Source: an uncultured Acidaminococcales bacterium
GTDB taxonomy: Bacteria > Bacillota > Negativicutes > Acidaminococcales > Acidaminococcaceae
DNA length: 64,000 bases
Reading direction: 5' to 3'
Assembly: GCA_964386405.1 (NCBI GenBank)
Contig: CAYLRW010000001.1
Location: forward strand, 7,776 to 71,775
The translations under genes and the position numbers were made by a program. Shown here piece by piece: positions 45,594 through 56,746 of the stretch (positions are counted from its first letter, which is position 1; each line of letters opens with the position of its first letter). Under the pieces are notes generated by a model, which was not told the DNA's origin, ran no database searches, and saw only the letters and a list, made by a program, of their open reading frames with translations.

Positions 45594-46925
45594 CTATGCC
45601 AGTTCTCCAACCAATTCGTAAGTAAACCCTTGTACAATTCTTACCTTAACAAATTCACCGACTTTAATTCCAACTGCATCTTCAATATAAATGCTGCCGT
45701 CAATTTCAGGAGCTTCTCGGTATGACCTGCCACAGGCAAGGTTCTTATTTTCTTCGTCAAAACCTTCTACAAGCACATCCAGAATTGTTCCTTCCAAATC
45801 GATGTGGATTTCCTCTGATACCTGTGCCTGAATGGCCATAAGTTCATGATAACGATCCTGCTTCAAATCATCGTCAATCTGATTAGGCATTAACGCCGCC
45901 ACGGTTCCTTCCTCTTGGGAATAGGTAAATACTCCTGCACAGGCAAATTTTTGTTCGGCAACAAATGCTTTGAGTTCATCAAAGTCAGCACTAGTTTCTC
46001 CCGGGAACCCAACGATAAAAGTTGTACGAATACAAATATCCGGTATACGCCTCTTTAATTCTGTCAGCAATGCAACTACCTGTTCTTTCGTATCAGGCCG
46101 ATTCATGCTGCTTAGAAGAGAATTACTAATATGCTGCAAAGGAATGTCCACATACTTACAAACTTTATCGCAAACTGCAATTGCTTCTATTAAGTCGTCA
46201 GTAAAATATTGCGGATAACAATACAATATTCTTATCCATTTTAAATCATCAAGCTTATTAATTTCTTTAAGTAATTCCGCCAAACGTAAGGAACCGTACA
46301 GGTCTTCTCCATAGCGGGTTGTGTCTTGTGCAACTAAAATTAACTCCTTGACACCACTACTAACCAACGCCTTAGCTTCAGCCAAAATATCTTCAAAAGG
46401 TCTACTCCTGTAAGGCCCGCGAATTTTAGGTATTATGCAATAGGAACAGCAATTATCACAGCCCTCAGCAATTTTTAAATAAGCTGTATAATTCGGCGTA
46501 GTCAATATTCTCGGCGTCAAGCCTATTTCATTTTCCGGACTAGGAGCAGGCTGCAAACAAATAAAACGCTCCCCTTGCAATACTCTCTCTATTACTTGTC
46601 CAATTTCAGTATAACACTCCGTACCTACAATAGCATCTACTTCCGGAATATCAGCAAGCAATTCTTCTGAATATCTTTGACCAAGGCAACCAGCCAAAAT
46701 CAAGTGTTTACAGTTACCTTCATTTTTATATTCTGCCATCTGCAAAACAGTGTTTATCGATTCTTCCTTAGCCGATTCAATAAAACCGCAAGTGTTGACA
46801 ATAATAATATCGGCTTCCTCCGGATTATTGGTAATCGTCATCTTCTTGTCCTCAATGATGCCAAGCATTGTTTCGGAATCAACAAGATTTTTCGGACAGC
46901 CAAGACTTACTAAACCTATTTTCAA
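45594..46925 (-). CDS. rimO: Ribosomal protein S12 methylthiotransferase
   Basis: It has VSLGCPKNLVDSE, the radical SAM motif GCDNCCSYCIIP and a C-terminal TRAM domain. The start is probably TTG 46925, with AAAGGG upstream and a T8 run between the RBS and the start. Confidence 0.88.
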   Translation of the reverse strand: MKIGLVSLGCPKNLVDSETMLGIIEDKKMTITNNPEEADIIIVNTCGFIESAKEESINTVLQMAEYKNEGNCKHLILAGCLGQRYSEELLADIPEVDAIVGTECYTEIGQVIERVLQGERFICLQPAPSPENEIGLTPRILTTPNYTAYLKIAEGCDNCCSYCIIPKIRGPYRSRPFEDILAEAKALVSSGVKELILVAQDTTRYGEDLYGSLRLAELLKEINKLDDLKWIRILYCYPQYFTDDLIEAIAVCDKVCKYVDIPLQHISNSLLSSMNRPDTKEQVVALLTELKRRIPDICIRTTFIVGFPGETSADFDELKAFVAEQKFACAGVFTYSQEEGTVAALMPNQIDDDLKQDRYHELMAIQAQVSEEIHIDLEGTILDVLVEGFDEENKNLACGRSYREAPEIDGSIYIEDAVGIKVGEFVKVRIVQGFTYELVGELA

Positions 46926-46942
46926 AAAAAACACCCTTTCAA

Positions 46943-47953
46943 TTACTTATCCGCAAATCTTACATTTTGCAGCCATTTTTCAACTAACTCTGTCCGCTTC
47001 TCATCATTTAAATATTTATCATTTACCCAAAGCAGACTTTCTCTGTTAGCTTCATTTTCAAATTTGTTTTGAGAAATAAATAAATAGCCATATCCTAGTT
47101 TTTCGGTGACAATTATAACATCTTCAGCATTAACCAGCCAACTAATTATTTTTTCGCATGATTCTTTTTTTACGGAAGCCTTACCTATTCCAGCCGCAAA
47201 AACCTGAGCAGGAAATCCTTCCGAAGGCTCAACTATATAAGCAGGAAAGTCATTTTCTATATATTTAATAACCTTATTTCTTGAGGTAATTGCCAAATCT
47301 GCTTCCCCAATCGTTGTTAGACGAATAGGGCTGATAGCAAACTTTGCATACTGAGGAATTTTTCTGTTAATATTTTTTAAAAAACTAAAAGTATCTTCTT
47401 CGCCCTGCTTGCTTGCCAGTGCCGTAAGGAAATATCTCATTTCCGGTGTCCCGCTAAGCTCCTCCATACTAATAACTATATCGTTTTGCTTAGCGATATC
47501 CTTCCAGGATAACAAGTTCTTTTGTCCAACCCTCCGCGAATAAGCATAGTTCACCAAAAACACGTACGGGTCATAACAAACGCTTGTCCAATAGCCTTCG
47601 GCATCTTGTAATGCGGTTGGCAAATTTTCTTTGTGGGAATCTTGTTTAAGCAATTTTCCATCAGAAGACAGCTTAATCATCGTTTCCCTAGGCGCAATAA
47701 TTAAATCAAAACCTTCGCCATCAGCAGAAATGGTTTGTCCTTTGTCAGCAAACTTATATGCAAATTTAGTTTTGGTTTTCTCCTGATATTCACTTAGCAA
47801 AGCTCTGGTCAAATCCTCAGGCAAAACTGAATAAACTTTTATTGTATTTTCAGAAGCAGCATTCACACTACCAGTCTGGATACTATCAAAACGTAAAAAC
47901 CAAAAACATAAGAAAACCGGTAGAAGCAAAAACCAACTTTTATGCTTACTCAT
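46943..47953 (-). CDS. Periplasmic-binding-protein-fold solute-binding protein (iron/thiamine-type SBP-like), membrane-anchored, with no cognate permease or ATPase nearby
   Basis: It has an N-terminal hydrophobic anchor (WFLLLPVFLCFWFL) and a two-lobe SBP-like sequence. The start is ATG 47953 or 47959. Confidence 0.55.
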   Translation of the reverse strand: MSKHKSWFLLLPVFLCFWFLRFDSIQTGSVNAASENTIKVYSVLPEDLTRALLSEYQEKTKTKFAYKFADKGQTISADGEGFDLIIAPRETMIKLSSDGKLLKQDSHKENLPTALQDAEGYWTSVCYDPYVFLVNYAYSRRVGQKNLLSWKDIAKQNDIVISMEELSGTPEMRYFLTALASKQGEEDTFSFLKNINRKIPQYAKFAISPIRLTTIGEADLAITSRNKVIKYIENDFPAYIVEPSEGFPAQVFAAGIGKASVKKESCEKIISWLVNAEDVIIVTEKLGYGYLFISQNKFENEANRESLLWVNDKYLNDEKRTELVEKWLQNVRFADK

Positions 47954-47969
47954 ACCCATAAACCCCCAC

Positions 47970-49859
47970 TTATCTCTTGTGTTGCTTGGAGTTTCTCTTG
48001 TCCTGACGTCCATTAACATTTTGAACAACTTTACCTTTGACTCTGGATCCCGAGGTATGAGGAGCCTGGGACAACTTTAGCAGGCATTTGGAATCGCTCC
48101 CTATTAAATCAAGACGATTTGCCATTTGCAACGCTTCTTTTACTAAAGCACGATTCTTAGGATTCTTATATTGCATCAGCGCTCTTTGCATGGCTTTTTC
48201 ATGGGGGTTTTGCGTAACAAAAACTTTCTTGCCCGTTTCCGGCTCGATACCTGAATAATACATGGCTGTCGAACAGCTCCCCGGCGTTGGTATAAAGTCT
48301 TGTACCTGCTCAGGATAATGACCTGTATCACGAAGGAATTCAGCCAATTCCACAGCATCATTTATTGTGCAGCCTGGATGGCTCGAAATGAAATACGGAA
48401 CTACATATTGTTTCAAGCCTATTTCCTGATTTTTCTTGTTAAAAACCCGCATAAATTTCAAATATACTTCTTTACCAGGCTTACCCATGCATTTAAGCAC
48501 GCCAGGTGAAATATGTTCCGGAGCTATTTTTAACTGTCCACTGACATGATAACGACAAAGTTCATCCAAAAACTCATTAGATTTATCTGCTAACAGATAA
48601 TCATATCTTATACCAGATCTTATGAAAACTTTCTTAATACCCGGTAAAGCCCTGATTTTCTTCAACAGAGATATATAATCACTATGGTCAGCGTCTATGT
48701 TCGGACATACATCAGGAAATAAGCATTGCCGATGCTTGCAGGCGCCGGTCTTTAATTGTTTTGCACATGCTGGATGTCTGAAATTGGCAGTTGGTCCACC
48801 AACATCGTGAATATAACCTTTGAAATCTGGCAGTTCTGATATTATCTTTGCTTCGCGCAAAATAGATTCATGACTGCGGGCTTGAATAATTCTTCCCTGA
48901 TGAGAATGAATAGCGCAGAACGAACAGCTGCCAAAACAGCCACGCTGGCTTATAATACTAAATTTTACTTCTTCTATTGCAGGCACGCCACCTAATTTCT
49001 CATAACTTGGGTGGTATGTTCTACAATACGGAAGATCATAAATGGCATCCATCTCTTCTTCAGTTAAAGGATAAGTGGCCTGGTTCTGTACTACATACCT
49101 ATTTGCAAACTGCTGAATAACGATCTTACCATAAAAAGGGTCTTGTTCGTTACTCTGCAACTTATATGCCTTTGCCAATAGTTTCTTGTCTTGCAGTATG
49201 CTTTCATATGACGGCAATAACACGTACTGCTCTGCAATACTATCCAAATCATCACTAATATATGATGTACCGCGCACATAATGAATAGAACTGATATCAG
49301 CGCCACCTGCAAGATAATCAGCGACTTCGACAATCTGTTTTTCTCCCATGCCATACACGAGAAGGTCAGCACCGCTTTCTAACAAAATAGATGGCAATAA
49401 CTTGTTCTCCCAATAATCATAATGAGCAAATCTGCGCAGACTAGCTTCAATTCCACCTATAATAACAGGTAAATCAGGCCATGTTTTTTTTGCCAGCTTG
49501 GCATAAACAACAGTTGCGTGATCAGGGCGCTTCCCCATAATACCGCCAGGCGTATAATTATCTTTTTTACGTAATTTACGAGCAGCAGTATAATGGCATA
49601 ACATTGAGTCAAGATTTCCTCCGGAAATAAGTACGCCAAGACGCGGTTTGCCAAACGAAGCCAGACTTTTTTCAGTTTTCCAATCAGGTTGGCTAAGCAC
49701 AGCAACTTTATACCCTTGAGATTCAAGAACCCGACATATAACTGCCGGGCCAAAAGAAGGGTGATCAACATACGCGTCACCGCTAATAAATAAAAAATCT
49801 ATTTGTTCCCAACCACGCTGCTTTATTTCCTCAGGTGTAGTCGGCAAAAATTCACTCAT
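47970..49859 (-). CDS. ygiQ: YgiQ family (UPF0313) radical SAM protein
   Basis: 629 aa with the cluster motif RGCFGSCSFCAI and a basic C-terminal tail, which are characteristic of YgiQ. Confidence 0.85.
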   Translation of the reverse strand: MSEFLPTTPEEIKQRGWEQIDFLFISGDAYVDHPSFGPAVICRVLESQGYKVAVLSQPDWKTEKSLASFGKPRLGVLISGGNLDSMLCHYTAARKLRKKDNYTPGGIMGKRPDHATVVYAKLAKKTWPDLPVIIGGIEASLRRFAHYDYWENKLLPSILLESGADLLVYGMGEKQIVEVADYLAGGADISSIHYVRGTSYISDDLDSIAEQYVLLPSYESILQDKKLLAKAYKLQSNEQDPFYGKIVIQQFANRYVVQNQATYPLTEEEMDAIYDLPYCRTYHPSYEKLGGVPAIEEVKFSIISQRGCFGSCSFCAIHSHQGRIIQARSHESILREAKIISELPDFKGYIHDVGGPTANFRHPACAKQLKTGACKHRQCLFPDVCPNIDADHSDYISLLKKIRALPGIKKVFIRSGIRYDYLLADKSNEFLDELCRYHVSGQLKIAPEHISPGVLKCMGKPGKEVYLKFMRVFNKKNQEIGLKQYVVPYFISSHPGCTINDAVELAEFLRDTGHYPEQVQDFIPTPGSCSTAMYYSGIEPETGKKVFVTQNPHEKAMQRALMQYKNPKNRALVKEALQMANRLDLIGSDSKCLLKLSQAPHTSGSRVKGKVVQNVNGRQDKRNSKQHKR

Positions 49860-49875
49860 CAGTTATCCTCCAAAA

Positions 49876-50694
49876 CTATATCTTAAATGTGCGCAAAGCA
49901 ATACCATTTTCGTCAGGTGCATAATTAATTAACTGGCCATTACAATCAATTTTTGCAACCCTAATATTACCAAGTTTTATGCGCAACTCCTTATCAGCCT
50001 TCCAATTAGCAGTTTTGCCGGCAGACATCATTCCAACAAACAGTTCTTTACCATCAGCATAAACTTCTGTCCAACAATCACCACTAAATTCAACCTGCGC
50101 TTCAATGCTAGCAGCACCTTTTACGTTATAAATACCACTTTGATCCTTTACGACAGAAACACTCTGTATCTTATTAGCGGAATCTGATTTCGCTGAATCA
50201 ACAGCAGTCTGCTTAGTCTTTACTAGCTCATTATCAGTATTACCACTAAAAAAACTACTAAGAAAACTTCCTGCTGCTAAAACAACAAAAAAACCTGCTA
50301 ATAAGGCGATATTTTTTTTTGTAACAAACCGGTGCAATATTGCTTTAATATCAAAATCAGCCGAAATATTATCTTTAACTGTCTTACGATTAATTTTCTC
50401 CGGTTGCTTATGCTGAATTTCATTTGTATCTGTTTGAATAGCCTGCTCGTGCTTTTTACTTGATTCAACCTGTTCTTTATATTTTTCTACCATTGCAGGA
50501 CCATTCAGACCAATGTAATTAGCATAATTTCGAATGAAGCCTTTTAAATAAACTTCACCGGGGACCTGATTAAATTGTTCGCTTTCGATTGCTTCTAAAT
50601 ATAATACTCGGATACTTGTCGCTTCAGCAACCTGTTCAATAGTAATCCCCTTGGCTTCACGAGTATTTTTTAAAATTTCTCCAACACTCGACAT
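49876..50694 (-). CDS. rodZ: RodZ-like cytoskeleton protein (XRE HTH, TM segment, DUF4115)
   Basis: It has the N-terminal HTH VGEILKNTREAKGITIEQVAEATSIRVLYLEAIE, a central TM segment and a C-terminal beta-rich domain. Confidence 0.8.
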   Translation of the reverse strand: MSSVGEILKNTREAKGITIEQVAEATSIRVLYLEAIESEQFNQVPGEVYLKGFIRNYANYIGLNGPAMVEKYKEQVESSKKHEQAIQTDTNEIQHKQPEKINRKTVKDNISADFDIKAILHRFVTKKNIALLAGFFVVLAAGSFLSSFFSGNTDNELVKTKQTAVDSAKSDSANKIQSVSVVKDQSGIYNVKGAASIEAQVEFSGDCWTEVYADGKELFVGMMSAGKTANWKADKELRIKLGNIRVAKIDCNGQLINYAPDENGIALRTFKI

Positions 50695-50714
50695 TTCAAT
50701 ACCTCCTGGGCAAT

Positions 50715-52880
50715 TTACTGATTCTTAGTAAAAAATCTTGATTCTATATCTGATTGATTCATTATTAATTCACGCGGTTTACTGCCCATGGCCGGTCCAA
50801 TAATTCCGTATTCTTCCATCGTATCAACCAAGCGTGCAGCTCTTGTATATCCTATGCGGAATTTTCTTTGCAACATTGAAGAAGATGCTTGACGGGTATC
50901 CATCACCAAACGAACTGCATCTTCAAACAATTCATCTTCAATCATACCATCATTATTGACAGCAATTTGTGATTTCTTCGTGTCACTTTCAAGCTCTTGC
51001 GTTGTGACCGCTTCAGAATAAGCAATTGGAAGAGATTGCGATTTAATATAGTTAACCAATTTGTCCAATTCTTCATCTGACACAAAAGCACCTTGAACCC
51101 TTTGCGGTCTATTAGCTCCAATAGGGTAAAAGAGCATATCGCCTTTGCCAAGAAGTTTTTCAGCGCCGCCCATATCCAAAATAGTCCTAGAGTCAGTTTG
51201 CGATGAGACCGCAAAAGCAATTCTAGATGGAATGTTAGCTTTGATAATGCCAGTTATTACATCTACAGAAGGTCTCTGCGTAGCTAAAATCAAATGAATC
51301 CCAGCAGCTCTTGCTTTTTGAGCTAAACGCAAAATAGCATCTTCTACATCAACAGCGGCAACCATCATTAAATCGGCTAACTCATCAATAATGATAATAA
51401 TAAATGGTAATTTTTCATCTACAACTTCATTATAACGATTGATCTCACGCACCTGATTATCAGCAAACAAAGAATAACGTCTTTCCATCTCCACAACTGC
51501 CCAATGCAACGCTGACGCTGCTTGTTTAGCATTCGTTACCACTGGTGTCAGTAAGTGAGGAATTCCATTATAATTAGTCAGTTCCACAACTTTCGGATCA
51601 ACAAGTATTAATCTTACTTCCTCTGGCGCCGCCCGAAACAATATGCTGGCAATAATCGTATTTATGCAAACGCTTTTACCAGAACCAGTAGAACCTGCAA
51701 CCAAAAGATGCGGCATTTTTCCAAGATCAGCAGTAACAATATTACCTGCGATATCTTTACCTAAACCAACACATAGCTTATTTTTAGACTTTTTGATTAC
51801 TTCACAATCAATTATTGAACGAAATGATACGCTTTCATTTTTTAAATTAGGTACTTCAATACCTATAGCAGTTTTGCCGGGAATTGGCTCAATGCGGATA
51901 CCAGGAGCCGCCAGTTTTAATGCCAGATCATCTGATAAATTGACAATACGGCTAACTTTTACACCAGGAGCCGGTTCTAATTCAAACCTCGTTACAGAAG
52001 GTCCACAGGTGATATTAACTACCTTAGCACGAACATTAAAGTCATTAAGCGTACGTTCTAAAATCCTACTTTGCTCCTGTGTCTCTTCGCTTAATATTGT
52101 CTGTCTGGCACGCGGTATAGGATGCAAAAGCGTCATTGGCGGATATTTATAGCCATTTAAATTAGCTGCAATATCAGTTTTAAATAAGCCAACATCAGCC
52201 TCTTTTAAATCAACAGCCATTTTCTTCTCCTGAACAGGTAAATCCACAGACTCTGCAGCTTGTATCTTTCGTTCAAAGTCTGGGAATTTTTCCTGATCAT
52301 AAAATGTACGTTTTTCCATGATTTGTTCCTTGACCTGATTTAAAGATTCCGCAGCATTCTTTACGCCATTCTCTGTAAGGTCAACAGATTCTTTAATAGA
52401 AAATTTACCCGAAAGTAAAAACGCACATACAATACCTGCGGAAAGAATAATAATAGCACCAGGAACGCCGGCCAGTCTGCGCAATACTAAAAGAAGAAAG
52501 CCACCAACAAGGCCAGCACCTTCTGGTAATCTTTCAGCAAGAACCTCTTCACCCAAAGGGGTATAAAAATGATGAAGTAAACCCAGAAAGCAGAGCAAGA
52601 ACAATATAGATGAAAAAAAGAAGCGATTGATTGTTAATCCTTGATGTCGTACAGCATAATTTATTCCAAGATAAAATAAAAAAGTAGGAAAAATTATTGC
52701 TGCTTTACCTAAAAAATATTTTAGAAATTTTGCAGTAAAAGCCCCCAGGCTGCCCATATTCAGACCATAAAGCGTAAGAAACATAAATACTGCCAATGTA
52801 ACCAGAACTACGCCAAGCAGCTCTTTTTGATTACTAACTACTTTTTTGTCTTTCTTTGCTCTACTATCCAAATCATGCAC
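50715..52880 (-). CDS. ftsK: DNA translocase FtsK/SpoIIIE
   Basis: It has N-terminal TM helices, Walker A GSTGSGKS, and a C-terminal gamma winged-helix ([21 protein letters not shown]). The start codon is uncertain, either GTG 52880 or TTG 52871. Confidence 0.92.
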   Translation of the reverse strand: MHDLDSRAKKDKKVVSNQKELLGVVLVTLAVFMFLTLYGLNMGSLGAFTAKFLKYFLGKAAIIFPTFLFYLGINYAVRHQGLTINRFFFSSILFLLCFLGLLHHFYTPLGEEVLAERLPEGAGLVGGFLLLVLRRLAGVPGAIIILSAGIVCAFLLSGKFSIKESVDLTENGVKNAAESLNQVKEQIMEKRTFYDQEKFPDFERKIQAAESVDLPVQEKKMAVDLKEADVGLFKTDIAANLNGYKYPPMTLLHPIPRARQTILSEETQEQSRILERTLNDFNVRAKVVNITCGPSVTRFELEPAPGVKVSRIVNLSDDLALKLAAPGIRIEPIPGKTAIGIEVPNLKNESVSFRSIIDCEVIKKSKNKLCVGLGKDIAGNIVTADLGKMPHLLVAGSTGSGKSVCINTIIASILFRAAPEEVRLILVDPKVVELTNYNGIPHLLTPVVTNAKQAASALHWAVVEMERRYSLFADNQVREINRYNEVVDEKLPFIIIIIDELADLMMVAAVDVEDAILRLAQKARAAGIHLILATQRPSVDVITGIIKANIPSRIAFAVSSQTDSRTILDMGGAEKLLGKGDMLFYPIGANRPQRVQGAFVSDEELDKLVNYIKSQSLPIAYSEAVTTQELESDTKKSQIAVNNDGMIEDELFEDAVRLVMDTRQASSSMLQRKFRIGYTRAARLVDTMEEYGIIGPAMGSKPRELIMNQSDIESRFFTKNQ

Positions 52881-52907
52881 CCCACACCTATAAGATCATG
52901 CTAATAA

Positions 52908-54572
52908 TTATATTTCCATAATCACCGGCAAAATCATTGGCCTTCTGCGTGTTTTTTCATATAAATATCTGCTTAGGGAATCACGAACGGCTGATTTTAT
53001 AGCTGACCATTCAGAAACACCATTCTCCTGACACTTATTCAGAGCAATTTGCACTTTTTCTTTCGCATTTTCCATCAAATCATCTGCTTCACGCACATAG
53101 ACAAATCCACGAGAAACAATATCAGGCCCTGCCACAACACTGCAATCCTGTTTATCAATGGTAACTACAACAATCAATATGCCATCCTGTGATAATTGTC
53201 TGCGGTCACGCAAAACAATATTACCAACATCACCAACACCAAGGCCATCAACAAGTACTTTCCCAGCTGTAACCTTGTTGTTAATTCCCACTGAATCCTT
53301 AGTAACTTCTACTACGGAACCATTTTCAGCTATTACAATGTTTTCTTTAGGCATACCCAAAGACTGTGCCAACTTTGAATGTTTTACCAACATCCTATAT
53401 TCACCATGCACAGGCATAAAAAATTTAGGTCTTACAAGATTGTGCATTAGTTTAATTTCTTCTTGACTGGCATGACCGGAAACATGAACGCCCAAAGATT
53501 TTTCATAAATAACTTCTGCACCAAGCCTGAACAGATGATCGATTGTTCTCGACACTCCTTTTTCATTGCCTGGTATCGGCGTAGCAGAGATAATAACTGT
53601 ATCGCCTGGCACTATACCAACTTTTTTATGATCGCTCATCGCCATTCTCGTAAGCGCTGACATTGGTTCGCCTTGACTGCCAGTAGTTATTATAACGACT
53701 TGCTCTGGTCTATAATTATTTGTTTCATCTATATCAATTAATGTTCCCTCAGGTATATTGAGATAACCCAGTTCCATGGCAATATTAACAACATTAACCA
53801 TGCTGCGTCCAATAATCGCAACTTTACGTCCATACCTAACAGCCGATTCAACTACCTGCTGTATTCTATGCACATTGGAAGAAAATGTTGCTACAATAAT
53901 CCTGCTTTTAGCATATCTGAATTCTTCATCAAAAGTTTTGCCAACTATTTTTTCACTTGGTGTATAACCAGGACGTTCCACATTTGTGCTATCGGCCAAT
54001 AGCATCAATACGCCCTGATTCCCAAGTTCTGCCAATTTGCTGAACTGTGTCACCTGTCCATCAACTGGAGTCTGGTCAATTTTGAAGTCACCAGTATGCA
54101 AAACCACACCCAATGGAGTATGGATAGCCATAGCTACGGCATCTGGGATACTATGATTTACTCTGATAAATTCGACCTTAAAAGAACCGGCACGAATGAA
54201 TTCACCAGGTTGAACTGTTTTTAACTGTGAGGACGAAACTCCATTTTGTTTCAACCGTCCTTGCAGAATACCTAATGTTAACGCAGTTCCATAAACCGGC
54301 AAGTCTAATTTTTTCAGCACATAAGGTAACGCCCCTATGTGATCTTCATGTCCATGTGTTAAAAAGATCGCTCTGATTTTATCCTTGTTTTCCGTTAAAT
54401 AGGAAATATCAGGAATCACCAGATCAATTCCAAGCATGTCATCTTCAGGGAAAGCAAGGCCTGCATCGACAATAATAATATCATCTCCGTATTTAAATAC
54501 GGTCATATTTTTGCCAATTTCACCTAAACCACCCAAAGGTATAATATTAAGTTTTTGTTGTGTTTTGTTCAA
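52908..54572 (-). CDS. rnj: Ribonuclease J
   Basis: It has the metallo-beta-lactamase motif THGHEDHIGA and beta-CASP architecture. I set the start to TTG 54572, which has GGAGG 8 nt upstream. Confidence 0.92.
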   Translation of the reverse strand: MNKTQQKLNIIPLGGLGEIGKNMTVFKYGDDIIIVDAGLAFPEDDMLGIDLVIPDISYLTENKDKIRAIFLTHGHEDHIGALPYVLKKLDLPVYGTALTLGILQGRLKQNGVSSSQLKTVQPGEFIRAGSFKVEFIRVNHSIPDAVAMAIHTPLGVVLHTGDFKIDQTPVDGQVTQFSKLAELGNQGVLMLLADSTNVERPGYTPSEKIVGKTFDEEFRYAKSRIIVATFSSNVHRIQQVVESAVRYGRKVAIIGRSMVNVVNIAMELGYLNIPEGTLIDIDETNNYRPEQVVIITTGSQGEPMSALTRMAMSDHKKVGIVPGDTVIISATPIPGNEKGVSRTIDHLFRLGAEVIYEKSLGVHVSGHASQEEIKLMHNLVRPKFFMPVHGEYRMLVKHSKLAQSLGMPKENIVIAENGSVVEVTKDSVGINNKVTAGKVLVDGLGVGDVGNIVLRDRRQLSQDGILIVVVTIDKQDCSVVAGPDIVSRGFVYVREADDLMENAKEKVQIALNKCQENGVSEWSAIKSAVRDSLSRYLYEKTRRRPMILPVIMEI

Positions 54573-54655
54573 AAAACACACCTCCTGTTTTAAGTCTTCC
54601 GCTCAATTGTTTGCCAACTAGCTGGGGTTATAGCCGAACATTCACCTTAAACTTC

Positions 54656-54684
54656 ATTATACAGCGGCAACTGATATATTGCAA
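54656..54684 (-). promoter_or_regulatory. Sigma-70 promoter TTGCAA-17-TATAAT upstream of rnj, giving a ~75-nt leader
   Basis: On the minus strand, TTGCAA is at 54684-54679 and TATAAT at 54661-54656. Confidence 0.6.
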
Positions 54685-54723
54685 GATGATGGTATTTTAT
54701 GCGTTTAAGGATAGCCAAATAAC

Positions 54724-54772
54724 TTAAAAAAAACCTCTCTGTCCAGAACATTTTGTCCGAACAAAGAGGTTT
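54724..54772 (-). terminator. Intrinsic terminator after the TRAP permease gene
   Basis: The stem aacctctctgt/acaaagaggtt includes one G-U pair and is followed by T8 on the minus strand. Confidence 0.7.
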
Positions 54773-54793
54773 CTTCAGAAAAACATTTAATAA

Positions 54794-56731
54794 TTATTCT
54801 TGTTTAGCAGCATCAGTCTTATTTTGCATTTTTTGCCAGCCAAATAAAGCGACCAACATTACGGCCCCGATGATGTCAGTCAAAGTACCTGGGTCTACCA
54901 GCATCAAGCCAGCAACAAAGAATAAAATCCTTTGAAGCTTGTTAGTCCGTCTTATACCATAGCCGATCATAGCAACACTGATACCAACCATGCCAACGAT
55001 AGCAGTAAAAGTTGACCAAAGCATACCGGTAAACGTAGTATTAATAAGCAATAATTGCGGATTATAAACAAATACATATGGTATTAAGAAAGCAGCAATT
55101 GAAAGTTTGGCTGCTATAATACCAGTCTTCATTGGATTGCCGCCGGAAATACCCGCACCGGCATAAGCTGCTAAGGCAACTGGTGGTGTAACGTCGGCAA
55201 TAATACCAAAATAGAAAGCAAACATGTGCGCAGCTAATACAGGAACGCCTAATTGAATCAAGGCCGGTGCCGCAATAGTTGACGTAATTACATAGTTCGC
55301 AGTTGTTGGTACGCCCATACCTAATATCAAAGACGTTAACATGGTAAAGAACATCGCGGGCAGAAGTTGTCCACCAGCTAAATCAAGAAGAGCAGTACCC
55401 ATCTTCAAACCAACACCGGTTTTCGTTACAACACCGATAATGATACCGGCTGTTGCACATGCGATTAAAACACCCAGTACGCCTTTAGAACCGTTAATCA
55501 AACCATTGACAACGTCCTGGAAACTAATTCTGGTCGACTTACGCAAACATGAGGAAAGAATCGCAAGAACCGTAGCACTAAGAGCGGCACGCATCGGTGT
55601 AAAACCACTTACTAACAAATAAATAATAACAATCAAAGGAATTGAAAGGTGACCTTTTTCCATCAACAAGGTTTTCCATTTAGGCAGTTCATTAAAAGGA
55701 ATTCCTCGTAAACCGCATCTTTTTGCCTCAAAGTGAACACCAAGCCATACGCCCATATAATAAAGCAGAGCAGGAATTGCTGCCGCCTTGGCTACATCGA
55801 CATAAGGAACGCCGACAAACTCAGCCATCAGGAATGCAGCAGCACCCATAACAGGCGGCATAATTTGACCGCCTGTAGAAGCGGAAGCTTCAACTGCGCC
55901 AGCAAATTCTTTGCTATAGCCAAGTTTTTTCATCATTGGAATGGTGAAGGAACCGGAACCAACGACATTAGCAACAGAACTTCCTGATACCGTGCCTTCC
56001 AAAGCACTTGAAATAACAGCTACCTTTGCAGGACCACCGGAGGCCCAGCCAGCAACGGCGTTAGCAATATCAACGAAGAATTTGCCAAGACCTGTTACTT
56101 CCAGATAAGCGCCAAACAAAATAAACAAGTAGATAAAGGTTGAGGAAACACCCATTGGAATACCGAAAATCCCCTCAGTTGTAAAGTACAGATGACCAAC
56201 TAATTCTTCAAGACCTACACCACGATGAGCGAGAAGACCTGGTATATATGGTCCAATCATCGCATAAATCAAGAACATGATCGCTACCGTGACCATTGGC
56301 CAGCCAACAACACGCCTGGAGGCTTCCAAAACAAGAATTGTACCTATAAGACCAACTATGAAATCGGTTTGCGTATTTAGTCCAGCACGCAAAACAAGCT
56401 CCTTGTAAAATACGACAATATACAATGCGCAAACTACGCCAGCAATACCTAATAGAACATCAAACCAATTCATACTGGTTCTTGACCAACTGCGGCAGGT
56501 TGGGTAAAGTAAAAATATTAGAATAAATCCGAAAGCTAAATGTATGGACCTTTGTAAATGGGCATCTAAAATACCAAAAGTCGCTGTGTAAATCTGGAAT
56601 GCGGCAAAGGCGATACAGATAGCTTTGACTATAAAGTCCCATATTCCCGTTAATTCTCTCTTGTCAGACTCCTGATCATATTTACGAAGTATCTCATCAG
56701 CAGTCATTTCTTTCATTTCTCCAGAGCTCAT
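54794..56731 (-). CDS. TRAP transporter fused permease (TAXI-type, DctQ/DctM fusion)
   Basis: 645 aa and highly hydrophobic with many TM helices. It is adjacent to the TAXI binding protein and DUF1850. Confidence 0.85.
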   Translation of the reverse strand: MSSGEMKEMTADEILRKYDQESDKRELTGIWDFIVKAICIAFAAFQIYTATFGILDAHLQRSIHLAFGFILIFLLYPTCRSWSRTSMNWFDVLLGIAGVVCALYIVVFYKELVLRAGLNTQTDFIVGLIGTILVLEASRRVVGWPMVTVAIMFLIYAMIGPYIPGLLAHRGVGLEELVGHLYFTTEGIFGIPMGVSSTFIYLFILFGAYLEVTGLGKFFVDIANAVAGWASGGPAKVAVISSALEGTVSGSSVANVVGSGSFTIPMMKKLGYSKEFAGAVEASASTGGQIMPPVMGAAAFLMAEFVGVPYVDVAKAAAIPALLYYMGVWLGVHFEAKRCGLRGIPFNELPKWKTLLMEKGHLSIPLIVIIYLLVSGFTPMRAALSATVLAILSSCLRKSTRISFQDVVNGLINGSKGVLGVLIACATAGIIIGVVTKTGVGLKMGTALLDLAGGQLLPAMFFTMLTSLILGMGVPTTANYVITSTIAAPALIQLGVPVLAAHMFAFYFGIIADVTPPVALAAYAGAGISGGNPMKTGIIAAKLSIAAFLIPYVFVYNPQLLLINTTFTGMLWSTFTAIVGMVGISVAMIGYGIRRTNKLQRILFFVAGLMLVDPGTLTDIIGAVMLVALFGWQKMQNKTDAAKQE

Positions 56732-56746
56732 TTTTGCCCTCCAATT

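Noticed and set aside
50312-50320. An A9 homopolymer (T9 on the plus strand) inside the rodZ-like coding region, and a T8 run between the RBS and the start of rimO (46924-46931). Both were considered as possible phase-variation tracts.
   Set aside because: The genome is AT-rich and these are essential-type housekeeping genes. The rodZ run encodes Lys-Lys-Asn in a basic juxtamembrane segment. Nothing suggests contingency-locus behaviour, and population sequencing would be needed to claim it.
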